A stretch of 64,000 nucleotides of DNA from Ascidiella aspersa (lineage: Eukaryota). Position numbers and translations under genes: made by a program. The stretch's first letter is position 1. Each line of letters opens with the position of its first letter. The notes under the pieces are model-generated. The model was not told the DNA's origin, did not search any database, and saw only the letters and a list, made by a program, of their open reading frames with translations. This document shows positions 13,449 through 26,700 of this stretch, one piece after another. The stretch lies in assembly GCA_963924565.1 (NCBI GenBank), contig OZ004615.1, positions 7,440,001-7,504,000 of the forward strand, in the 5' to 3' direction.

Positions 13449-14089
13449 GTAAGGACGCCAGCGAATTTTTAGCGGATTCAACCTTAGCGTTATCCACAGT
13501 ATTTTTTCGTTCGATCTAACCAGACCAGGTTAGATTTCCACCGGAAGTGTATTTTAGTCGAACCGGATTTTCCGTACAAGCAAGGTAAGAATGTGACAGT
13601 TTTCCGAGAAGATAGAGTTTTGTGGATGTCGTCGTTTCCTGGTGTTTTTGTTGCATGGATGTTGTTCTTTTTAAAACAATTTTGCAGACGAGTTGGGTGA
13701 TATAGTAGATTGGTAGCACATAGTATTGATATTTTCGTAATTGGAAATCTACGAATTAAAAACATTCAAATATTTAGGTTTGAGAACCTAAAGCATGAGA
13801 ATTAAAAAACAAAGAATGCTTTTTTACGTTTTGTGTTATATTTTTACCGATATTAATACTGTTTGTTTGATTCTTTGTTTGTTAGTTTATTTAATCTGAA
13901 TATCAATAATTGAGGTAAAAAATTGAATAACAAATTTTAAGAAAAAAATACGTTTTTTGTGTGAATACGTTTTTTTAGTTTATGAGGAATATAACGATAT
14001 TGCATCCCACCTGCATGTTTTGCGTTTACCCAAGTAAAAGTATACCAAATTTTAAAATCTGACTTGTGTGTTCATTCAGTTTGGGAAAG

Positions 14090-14746
14090 ATGAGTCGCCA
14101 GAACAACTTGATGGCCGACCCAGCTGTCGAACCCCCCCGCTTCCTTCAATCCCTGCAAGGGGTCGTCGCCGTGGAGGGGGGTCAAGCCTGTTTTGAAGCC
14201 ATCATAACTGGTAGGGGTCCTATACTTGATCGATTTCTGTACTTTTTAAACAATATATTTGTAGACGAATTTTTAAGTAAAGATTTACAAAGAGTGGGTT
14301 TGAATGAATTATTTCTGGTAAGTTGAAAGTATTACGTCTGTGTGATAAGTTGCCACCACCTGTTAATTAAAAGTTTAAAAATACTGAAAACGCGTTTTGG
14401 TATGAGCCTACCGACAAATATAAGTAAAATATTTTTTTGGCAAAAAAATCGACGATTTACTGGGAAAGTTATTAATCGCAGATAACAAATACCTAAAACC
14501 TGGGTGTTGTTTCTCGCTCAACAAACGCAACACTTTGGTGCACAGGCTTCCCACGACCGGAAGTGCGCTGGTACCACGCCGGAAATGACGTCACTGAGTC
14601 GCACAACTACGAGACGAGTTACGCGGCCGACGGGCGCACTTGCCTGGTGATCGGCGAGGTGTTTGACGAGGACGCCGGACAGTTCACCTGCCAGGCGTAC
14701 AGCGAGCTGGGCCAGGCTTCCAGCACCGCAGAGCTGCTAGTGCAGA
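14090..14746 (+). CDS. TTN: Titin Ig Z1 (exons 14090-14210, 14546-14746)
   Basis: PPRFLQSLQGVVAVEGGQACFEAIITG|FPRPEVRWY...DAGQFTCQAYSELGQASSTAELLVQ; I-set Ig signature resembling human Z1. Confidence 0.93.
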
Positions 14747-17700
14747 GTGAGTGGGCTTATTCTGGGACGTTTTTTAAAGAGTTGGGCAGAACTTAACCAT
14801 TTACATATTACAAGAAACCGTTTGAGGTTGAATTTACGAACAGGATGCAGACCAAAGGTCGTGAGTTCGAACCTCACCCCAGGCTAGTTCTTTTTTTTAG
14901 TTTTCTTTAAAAGTACTGATTTTCTCCGGTTAAATGGCCAACCTGCGCATATTTTTCGTGAAAGTTTTTTTTTTCAATTTGATAGCAGGTGGGATATCCT
15001 GTGTCATTTTAGTCCATTTTTATTAATATACAATTTTGGAAAAACAAGATTACACCACACTGGCGTTTATTTGTGACTCGAATACCGCGTCATAAGGGCA
15101 TATGCCCTAGAGAAATAGTTCTGACTCGCAAGCTATAGATTCAATTATGGTTCATCAGTAATGAAGTGGTTTATCGATGTGCGTCTTTTATAACATACAG
15201 AGTAGGTCAGTAACGTAATATTCTATTTTAAATTTTAAACCTAGGATGTTTCACAATGGTGAACCCAAAGAGTAAAGACCGCTGCAGAACCGTGGTTTAC
15301 ATTCAGAGTTGTTTGCTGAAAATAAATTACTATTCGATATGAGTTAATTACAGGTTCAAATCTATGGGGTAAGCTGTGTTTTGGTTCGACCATACCAGCT
15401 GGATTTTCAAGCTGTAACGTTTGATACCACGTTTTGCTATTCGCACCCAACAAAACAAAACAACTGCTGTATTTACCACCTCAGATGGAGGCAAATGCGC
15501 ATTGCCACTTAGGCGAAACCAGTTGGACGTTACACCGTATTGCACACATGACATTATCTCCTTACTAACCGCCTTGTAATATTTTACAGCTTCCAGCAGC
15601 CCTCCGGACTTCACACTGCGACTTGCCAACGTCGAGGCAAGCCAGGGAGACTTGGTTCGCTTCCAAGTGCGTGCCAGCGGCGTTCCAACACCGCGAGTGA
15701 AGTGGTACCGTGAGGTAAGGACTTTGCGCGTGTGGAGTTGTCACTTTGCTGCGTTTGAACTGAGAGGCCCTATCCATATAACAGTGGCTTTAACACAGTG
15801 ATTCCTAAACTTTTTCGCCTCGTGGTCCCCGTGTTCTTCGGAATAAAAGGCCGACTGCTTCAATATTCAAAACATGAAAAAAAATTACAAACATCACTGT
15901 GCAATAAATAATATAGCATTAAGCACAGTATTCATAATGTTAATTTTTAGTATACAGTGGAATATAAAATAGTTTGTCCTTTTAATGTAATAAAAACGGC
16001 TACTGGCATCATTGTTGCGAAGTTTGCGCTATTTCAAAAGAACCTTCAGCGATAGTTTCGACGTGTGTTGCAATTTCAGCTTTTCGACGTGTGTTGCAAT
16101 TTCAGCGATAGTTTCAACGTGTGTTGCAGCCTGCACGTCTGTCTTTAAACCGGTTCAAATTTGAGCGTTCTAATATTTTCCTCATCATATTGGTTGCCGA
16201 ACATCGCAGACGTGGAATGTTTGTGAAACTGACTTTCTATCTGGTGGTTTTATATATAAATCTAAACTCCGTACCTAATCATTGCATTGGTCCGCGAAGG
16301 GAGCCGAAATCCGCAACTGCGCCGACTTCCAGATCCGATGCGAGGAGGGTCTGTACAGTCTGACGATCGCGGAGGCTTGTGAAGAGGACACTGGTCGCTT
16401 CACGGTGACCGCATCTAACCAGGGAGGCAAGGCCACCTCCACAGCCGTGTTGACAGTCTCAGGTAAGCTCTCCATCAGCCTCCTCCTTTTGCATTAAAAG
16501 CTTCCTACATATGATTTGATATAATTCTTTCGGACAATTTTCCTTAATTTAGCCTCACTGTGTAGCAGCTCTGTGCTGGCTACCAAAACCTTGGAACGCA
16601 AAAGACGGGTTTTCCTAAGAATTTTAATTAAAAATCACGAAAATAATATTCGACAAAATGGTAGTCACCACGGAAACTAAGTTAAAATGAAGGAAAATTG
16701 TCTTGGGCAGTTTTTGGATTATTCTAACAGTCATTTGTGATACAGACGACAGCACAGGTTGGAAAAATCTTTAGTGAAAATGAAGTTTACAAAAAAGTCG
16801 AAGCAACTTTGAATATAGAATTTTATTCGTTAAACGCTTAATTTGTATTATCGCCATTTAAAGGATGTAAACTTTTACTGTTGTATAATTAAATACATAT
16901 TTTTAAATTTGTTAAACAGTTTTTCTATTACCTTCATTTCTTAGCCAAAACAGGCAAAAATAATGATAGTTATGTTTTAGTACGTATCTATCAAAGCATT
17001 CAATGGTTTACATATATACAATTATTTTTCAGGTGAGGGAACTGTCACCGGCCAAGCCCGATCGGACTATGAACAAGAAACCGGATTATTAGCTCATCAA
17101 CTGATGACGTCGGACTCGGAAATGAAAGAAATGTCGGCGATCAAGCAATCGCGCGACTTCGAGATGCAGAGAAGTTCATTTGCCAAGGTGAGATATTTTT
17201 GTTCTTGACTCATTATTTCAATACAGTAATGCAGTAGTTCCCAACTTGGCTTGCGACACCTTACAGATGTTATAAATAGTTCGCGGCACCCTTGCTTGCA
17301 TTTTTACTGAGTGGTTCGCTGTAAGGTTACAGTAAACGAGACTGAAACAGCACATTAACTGCGCAACAAGGTTGAAAAAACCTTCTTAATTTTTGGCAAT
17401 TTTATCGTACACGAAAAATTGTATCAAGAAGCTCACCAATAGAGAAAAATAAAATCCTAAAGAATTTGAAATAGCTCTCGGCACCCGCTAAAAATGGCAC
17501 CCTAGAGTGCCGCGGCACCCCGGTTGAGAAACACTGTTATCATGGAATCAATTCTGTAAAATAATTACTTAATAAAATGTTGTGATGCACAGTTAGGTTG
17601 TGATTCTAAGAAACCAACTAATTCTGCCGTTGGTGTTTTTTTTACCACTGTTGTCATGGTGATATATATTAAGTGTGATGTCTTTGCAGTCATGGCAACA

Positions 17701-20700
17701 TGTATATTTGACGTTCTAAGAATAACACGTTATTCGTTTGATTTAGGAACAGCGCAGTAGCAGCGCTAGATCATCGGAATCACGGTCCACACAACAAAGC
17801 ACCAGCACGAAAGCCAAGTCGGGATTTAGAAGGCAGAGCCCTTCGCCCATTAGATCAGTCAGGATGAGCCCCCCAGTCGTAAGTCCATACAACATATATA
17901 TTACAGAATAGTTTGCAATAAATTAGGTTGGAAATACCGTAGTTAAATCGGGATTTCTGTTTACAAGACTACAAAATGCTTTCGTATAAACTACAATCTC
18001 GTTAACGTGTGTTTTGTTTTAAAAAATTGTTTATGTGCAAAACTTAAAAAAACCTGAAACTTAAAAAAAGTTGATAAAGCACTACTTTTCCAACCCAAGT
18101 ATTTGTTTAAAAGACTCAATTCTAGTCATTTGTACAAGACTGGTAGACTCATTACGTTTTGACATTTAATCGGCCCCCTTTTTTGTGAAAGTTGCGCAAG
18201 AGCACGACACCGCGTGACCAATCCGATTCCCCGATGCGCCGAGTGCACAGCGTCAAAGCTCCTTCGCCCACACGTAAACAGGACAGTGCCACACCGACCA
18301 ATGCTACCATACCTCCGTGGAGAATCCAGCAACAGGATCAGGTATAATGGAATTAAGACAGACTGAATAGTTAAAAGACGTACTGGATATATTGGTCACG
18401 CTTGATTGTATATTGGTCACGCTTGATTATATTGGTCACGCTTGATTGCGGAACGGCTTAACTCAAAGAAAATCGGATTTTTATCAGTCATTCTTACGTT
18501 CTACTTTGCTAAAGTCGTTTTATAATTGTCCGCTTTCTGTCTGTGACTGGATTTCGGGAAATTAAAACCACCCTATGAAAACAACTCAGGTGTAATAGAA
18601 AATAAAACAAATTACCTTGCCGAAAAACATGTTAGATTTATTTCATAGTTTTTCTTTAACTACTAGTTTCGCTTATCATTAAAGCAACTTTAACCATAAC
18701 AAATGCTGGCCTGTATTATTTTCTTCCAATTTAAACCCAATGAAATCCACTTAAGTTGTTGGTTTGAGTGCATATCCATTCTTCAGCCTGTTTCACAACA
18801 ATAATTAAGTAATTTCGGTTGTTCTTCTCTGTGGTTCACATGTTACACAAAAACTAATTCCCCAACGTTATCTAGGTGCAGCAGACGATGGCTGCCCTGA
18901 GCTCTTCCAAGACATCATCGGCCAAGGAAACCCAACTTGAAGTGGGACAAATGCAGGAGGTAACCGAACAGAGCGCAATAGAAATCAGTAGTGAACAGCG
19001 CGAGGCATACTCGGCCTCTCAAGTCGTCCAATCGGTCACATTTCAAAGCACAGAAACCAAATCCCAACAACGCGAAACCTTCACCCACGAAAAACGCGAG
19101 GTCATCGATCAAGCGTCATCCAATCAGCAACAGCAAAAAATTGCAGCGTCATCCTTGTCATCGGCTGACGTCGACCCGTCGGCGTCCAGCGTTTCTTTCG
19201 CGTCATCTGCGTCGTCGTCATCGCTCGAAAAGCCACCGGCGCCGAAACGCCCGTACGTGGCGCCCGTGCGCCCGGTCGAGTCCCTACCCGTGAACCTGAA
19301 CCAGCAAGTGAACGGCCAGAAGCCGATCGTCGGCGTCCGCCGTGTTACGTCATCGTCATTGAAAATACATCAGTCATATCATTCGCGGGAAGAACAACAC
19401 ATGGTAGGTTTGCGCTTCACACGAATGCTTCACGTTGCTTCGGACTCGCGTTATAGACTTGAATAGATGTTGCTAGCTATGAGGCGACCGATAAAAACTG
19501 CTGTGCAAAAAGACAAGGAAAGGTAGTATCGGTAACATCTTCGTTTCTACGTTAAAAACATATGAATGTCCATAATGAACCGGTCATATAGAATCGTTTA
19601 TTTCTTCCAAACGTCTATAGTTTTTATAAAAGTTTAGAAACGATTCGTTATAAGTTTAAGTAGAAATGGGTTTGAACAACTTGGCCTGTTCTTATAACTC
19701 AATATTAATGCTAGTTAGGCTGGAATTTGGCGTGAACCCCAGATACTATTCATGTGCCGTATTTCGAAAAGGTTAAAATGCTCACCAGCAGCGAGCATGG
19801 CATGCGATCGCATTTCGATTAATTTGAAGAGGCTAGAGCCATGCGTATCGCAAGAGCGGCTTTTGCAGCTGTCTCGTGTCACGCACCATCGTTGACTTGG
19901 GGGACTGACAGGTCACGCTTTCAAACGGACCGCTCGTCTGCAGTTGTATACTGGCTCTTGTACTTCAGAACTCCGTGAAATAATCTTAATAGCCGCCTAC
20001 TATTGTGAATGTGCTTAGTATTTTACGCCTTTATATCTATATATATATATATATTACATGTATTAAACGTTTTTAAAATGAAAGTCTCGTATTCAACTTT
20101 CAACTTATTAAAATAAAACGTTAAACGTAAAAGTACTGTTTAGCCTGCCAAATAAACTCATTAATGCCCCTCTGCACTATAAACCATTTATATCTCAATA
20201 AAAATATTTAAGCCATTATATTCGATAAAATCGACATTTTGCTGTTATAAACGTTTCGGCAATACCTCATGCCATCATCAGTGTCATTTGTATCTGCTCA
20301 TATGGCTATTGGTATCACTAGCTCTCATAGTTGCACGTCGTCTGTCACGCATTACATATCATAACTTATCAACTTCGAATCATGACGTCATTCATGCACT
20401 TGCTAAATGTGACGCGCGTTCAGGTTTCGCATGAGTCTGAACAGACGTCGGCTACCACAGCAATCGCTTGTGACGCTGTGACACCCGCACCCAATAACAC
20501 TGCCACCGCTGTTAAGGAATCGGAGGACGAACAGGTATATATCCCTATTTGGTCGTCTGAAACCGAGGAAGTCAAGTATCGGTTACGTGTTTTTCAACAC
20601 ACAGAGTTTTGCGACATCTGCAGCTGTTTTTTTAAATAATCAATTGTAAAACACGATTTCGTAAAACAGCGGGTCAATAATTGGAAAATATTCTCTTTGG

Positions 20701-23700
20701 TTTTTGAATAGAAATTTATGAAATTTTAAAAGAATATTATTTTATATTGACAATGTTTAAGACGATTAAAGAGTTATTTAAAACGTTCAAAATGATACCT
20801 ACTTCTGCATGGGCTTTGATATTCTTATTACGTCTTACTACAACCATTTTTTTTTTTTTTTTTTTTTTTGTTTTATATAACGGAATGGGTGCTTTTGGTT
20901 ATTTCCGGAGTTTTGTAAGCATTTAAAATAAAAATAAATTTAAAAAAATTCCAAAAAAGATATATAAAAATTTTAACCTAACAAAAAAATGTTGGCAGTC
21001 AGTCACTCAGAATATATTTTCACGTGAGAAACGCAGTTAAAAAAAACGGTCATCAAAATTCAACTTCAACCCGTGTTCGTTCTTTCATCACAGGACCTTG
21101 CCTCCTTCCCTCCCTTCATCAAGAGCGGGATGCAGGACATGGAGGTCCGGGAGGGAGAGATGAGTCTCCTCCAGTGCGAGGTGATGGGCAACCCCGTTCC
21201 GAGCGTGACTTGGTTCAGAGATGGTGAGTTTTCGCCTCGCTAAGTATACTATATTGGCCGAATATCGCGGGGGAACTTTGCTATGCGTCCCATTCAATTT
21301 TTAACTCTACTTTTCTCTTTTTTTCTGCATTTTTAAGAGGTTGAAATTCATAAAAACAGGTTTAAAAGGGTTAGTTTAGAAACTTTAGCCTCTTACTAAT
21401 ACGTTTTTTAGACTTTTATGCGAAATGTGTAACAATGCGATAAGCACACATTATAAATGTTTACTCATAATTTCACAAATTTAAACCAAAATTTATATCA
21501 CCGCTTGCTAAATTTAATTTCTTAATTTTATTGCTAGTTAAAAACAGTACAAACTCATTGTGATTATGGCACCAGAAAAACAAAGCCGTTTCTTTCGGCG
21601 TAATTGAAATCAAACAACTAGTTTTTTCCCTGGTTGGATTTGTTTTGCTGTCTACACTATTTGCCAACGTAATCAGCGACTAAACTCGGCAACTCTTTTC
21701 CAGGGACTCGCCTAGAGAACTCACACGACTTTGAGATGACCTACAACGGACGAGTTTCCTGCCTACTCATCCGCGAAACCGTCATGGATGACGCGGGTGA
21801 ATTCACCTGTTCCGCTACTAACGCGCAGGGCGACACCTCGTGTTCGTGCTCGCTAAAGGTTTGCAAAGAGACGTTTTTTTCTGCGTCAACCTTAAAACTA
21901 AAAAAATTCAAATTTCATTAGTAACAGTGCCATTTGTCACGTCTACCAATATAAACTCCTATCTAGGTCATTAGGGTGTTGGAATGTTTAAGCATAAATG
22001 GTTAAACAAACAACAATGAAAAAACAAGCATCTAAAATGTTTTTTTAAACAAATAAATGTCTCTGTGTTTCCAAAATTTGTAAGATATTTTTGTTTTTCT
22101 ATTAAAATAATGGTAAAATGAACCATTTGTCTCACTTTTATCTTCAAAAGCCAATGTAATATATGTTGGATTTTACTGGAACATCACCAACTTTAACTGT
22201 TAAAACTAATACTTAATTCGAACTGACATTTAGGTAAAGCAACAAGCACCGGCCAAGACGGAAAAACACGAGCGGGCATTGTCCGCTTCCGAAACCGAGC
22301 TTTCCATGACTGACTACGATGGATTTGAAAGGTAAGGTTTATTCAATGCCATTGTCGTTTTTTTTATTTTTTCACGACATTAATATCCCAAACTAAATGT
22401 TAAAATTATGTAATTAATTTGCAAAAAACAAAAATTAGAAAAACTTGCAATAAAAAGAAACGAGCACAAAAATGATTGGGGCTAATTTACAAGCAAATTA
22501 ATGCTGATTCGCCAATACAAAACCCTATCATTACTTTTTTCAACGAAATAAAACATGAACTATACATAAACAATATATTTATTTTGTCAGCACTGAAGCC
22601 GAACTCGACTTTGTCTCGGGCGTTTCCGAGGCCGAACTCACTGACACCGAGCAACTGTACAAGCCAGTCGCCGCCCATCAAATCGTGCTGGACAGCAGCG
22701 ATCAGTTCGCCGCCAAGGGCCTATCACCCGTTATCGAGGAGACGTCGACCGCTAGCGGCAAGTCGCCGGAAAAACGCCAGCCGCAAGGTAGCGCTGCAAG
22801 CAGCTACTCTAACGGCGAGCCGCCGCGCTTTCTGCGAACGCCGGCCAGCATGATGAAGCTGGTCGAAGGCGGCAGCGTTCAGCTGGACTGCGTGATTTCG
22901 GGGATTCCCCCACCGCGCGTCACCTGGGCGAAGAACGGAATGCTGCTGCAGAACGGACATCGCTTCAAAGTGATCGAGAACCCGGAAAAGAGTAAGTTAT
23001 ATGAACCCATAAAGGTTTTAAACCTAAAGAGACAATTTGTTATATCAAAAAATGTTTTTGCGGTGTGAGTAAATCTGGTTTAGGTCAATCCACACCAATT
23101 TAATAAAGACCGTGTTTCATTGTGCTTTTTCTTTATTGTTTGACTGCTATATGTTGCTTTTCGCCCGGTTGCAATATCATTGCCCTGATAAAGATTTCCT
23201 GTATAGGTTATCGAAACGTCGGTATATTTAGTAAAAAATATTGCATGAAGAGCAATTTTACAATTGATGAATTTAAAAATACCGTTTTATTCGAATGAAA
23301 GGAAACAGTTCAATATGATTGTAACGTCGAAAATCTGCAACCTAAAATGAAAGATATACGCGCAATATTATCTGGTTAGCTTTATTTGCCCATTAAAGGC
23401 AGTGAACAATTAAGTATAGCATTTTACACAACAACCTGCTGATTTTCTACCGTTGCCATCATATAGTAAACGGCCTTGTGCATTTCCCAATAGATTTGTA
23501 CAGCCTCGTGATCACGATGGTTTTTGTCGAGGACGTTGGCGAATACACGATAACTGCCACCAACCAGTTTGGATTCATCAGCGGATCCGTGATGCTCATG
23601 TCCGAAGGTAAGGCCCGCAACTACCTCTAAAATCTATGTATTTTTTAAATTATTGATTTATTTTTCCATTACTTCGATTTATGATGTACTTTAAGTAAAT

Positions 23701-26700
23701 TCGACGAGTTTTATCATGTGCCCAGCTATTTTTCATCGGCTGGGTGATATTTTACTTGGCAGAACACTGCATGATCTAAATTTAACTCTTGCGGCAATTT
23801 ACTTTAAATCTGAAGAATCCTCGGTCGCACTCCTGTGTTTTATTGGCTCACATCTCTCATATCACACGTCTTTCTGCTTACAAATTCGATAAACGAAAGA
23901 AAGGTGATAAAAAATGGCGTCCGAATAGTTGGGGTGATAACGATTTTCCAACTTGCAGAGAACTACCAGAGGTTCCAGGAGCAGGACGCGATCGACCGCG
24001 ATTCGCAATCGGGAAAAGAAGAAGAAGATCGCAACCAGACGCAAGTGACTCTTCCTCCCAGAGGACGAGGAGCGACAGCATCCAGGCAAGTTACAATTCA
24101 TTAATAATTATTTTAAACTGCTTTTATACAGGAGAGCTAAATATTTACTAACCAGCAAACTTAACCCATTACAAATACAAAAATAAATAATTTATTTGCT
24201 TTCACGGTTGTTAAGCTGAATTTAGATTGGCCACTTTACTATTCCGACTAGACATGTTAGTTACACGTCTTAATACACGCAAGGTTGGTTCCAAAGCAGA
24301 TTTAAAACAGTCTACAACTTTTAACAATCTAGTCATTACTAAAAAAAATTTAGTTATTACAAAATATTTTTGTTACATTACTGCAAGCGTAGAAAACACG
24401 ATTGATTTATTACTCAAATTACACAACAGGAAAACCTTATTTTGACATAAGAGGTGTTGTAAGCGATATTTTTGAAATGACTCAAGTCCAAGTCAAATCT
24501 TTTGCAAAAAATAACAACTCAAGTCCCAGTCCAAGTCACCAGTTGCCCAAGTCAAGTCATTTTTGGAGCAATTGAACTTTAAGTCAAGCCGTTGACAATT
24601 AAAAAAGTGTAAAACTATTAAAACATGTTACCACGTCCGATCAAATAAAAAGAACAAAAACGCAATATATGGCAAGCAAATTCTTTCACGTGTAAAAATT
24701 AAGATTAAAATTCCAATTTATCACCAAATATTTGATAAAAACACTTAATCTTAACCCAAGTTAATTTACATATGACTTCAGTCCAACTCAAGATATATTC
24801 GTTAAAATACCTAAGTCACGTCATTTAAAAACAGTAACTTCAGTGCACTTAATTCATTACAACACTGATAAACTGATAATGGTATTAAAACAAACGCTAA
24901 AATGTGCTTTTTAAACCCGGCCACGTAACGAAAAAGTCATATTCATCCAGGGGCAGAGGTGAGCGTCGACGTGCCGGACCCCAATCTCCGGGTGCGAGGT
25001 CTCCAGGAGACCTAAGGAAGACCAGCTCCAGTCCTCAGAAGCGCCTCCGCGAGATCTCGCGCTCCCCCGTGCGGGTTGCCTCCCCCTCCAGGAGACTGGA
25101 TGACCTGGATCAGCTCGACATCGAGAAGTTCTTCAAGTAAGTCATCCATATTTTTCTCTGTGAACGATTTCAAAAGTTCGGCCCTTTCTGCGTGGAGTTT
25201 TGCAATCAAAACTACCTAAGAAAAAAGCGTAGTTTTAAATCATAGTTTTTTTTTAATTATAGCGGAACATTTTAATGCTAGTTTCATACTACTGAATATT
25301 AGACAAACAATGAGTTAGGAGCAAACAGAAAATCGTAATATTTATTCGGAATGTTGATTTAATTTTCTTAATTTGTTTGTTTACTTCAGGCCCAAGTTCC
25401 TTAAGAAGCCCGACAATATGGAATGCAACGAGGGTCAAGCGACCAGGATCGACTGCAAAGTGACTGGAAGACCGCTACCAGATGTGTCGTTTTTCCGCAA
25501 CGGTAGGTCAAATCCTCATTCAAACACAAAATTCCGCTTCAGAAAAACTTCAAAACATGCTGTTTTTTTTGGTATTTAACAAAACGCATAAAAAGTTGGT
25601 CAGCTCTAACACCGAGAAATTCAGAATATAGCCCTCGTCCGTTAATAGGCATTTACATATTTTAACACTACAGACTTTATGTAACTATAACGAAAGAGTA
25701 TCCCAAACAAACGGTACATCCCCTGCCACAATACTACACCTGTTGATCCTTTTTTTGCTATTTAACCAAAATCACAAAAAATTGGCTGAACAATGACATC
25801 AGGTATTTTATAAATTGGCCCTAATCGGTTTATAGGCATTTTATATATCTAAACAACACACACTTTATGTTACTACACCGTTAGCGTATCCCAAACAAAC
25901 GTTACACCCCCTGCCACCTTACTACACCTGAGATGACGGCGGCAGGTCGGCGCGTGACGTCACAAGGTCGCGCCGGGGTCAAGCGAACGCCGCGACCCGG
26001 CCGACCTTGGCGCCGCCGCCATATTCATAAACGTAAACAGATCCAAAGAGGCCGCGACAAGCAAGGCATAACAAATGCCGATTGTGCGCGCGATAGTTTT
26101 ACAGCGCGTCAAAGCATGTCGGGCTCAGAGCGCGACACGAAATATCGTGTAGGGCGCGGCGACGGATCAGAAGGCGTGAAAGCGAGTTCGGTGTCATTCG
26201 AGAGTTGTAAGGTGTTCCGGTTTGCTTTGTCCCCGCATGCCCGGCTAGAGTATTTCGGCGATTTGCGAAACATCATACTTTCTGCGGCTGCTGCTATAAT
26301 TACACACTGCTGATCGGCGGTCGCTCTCGGCTGCACTGGGTTGATCTCTGCTATCACTGAGTCGTTGCTTTATAGCAGATGCCTCCAGTGGATAAGGTGC
26401 TAAAGTGGCTAAAAATACCGATCGTTAAATCGAATGTAGAAATCCAGTTTGTTAGTCTGTCGCTCATTTATTAGAAGTTTTTCTTAAAATCCATTCTAAA
26501 TTCATGACAGAACACACCAACAATATTTACTTCTAATAAATCAAAATTACAAAATTAACAAATGCCGATACAAACTTATAAGTAAGCGTTTTGGTTTACA
26601 AATCTCCGTTCCTTATGAACGACGTAATAAGTGTATTGTTGAACAACGCACCGCGGCATGGGAAAATACGCACAAGGGCTGTTGTGCCGTTAAGCAGCGG

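Noticed and set aside
14841-14898. Functional tRNA gene
   Set aside because: Only the T-arm/B-box is recognisable; there is no acceptor stem or D-arm.
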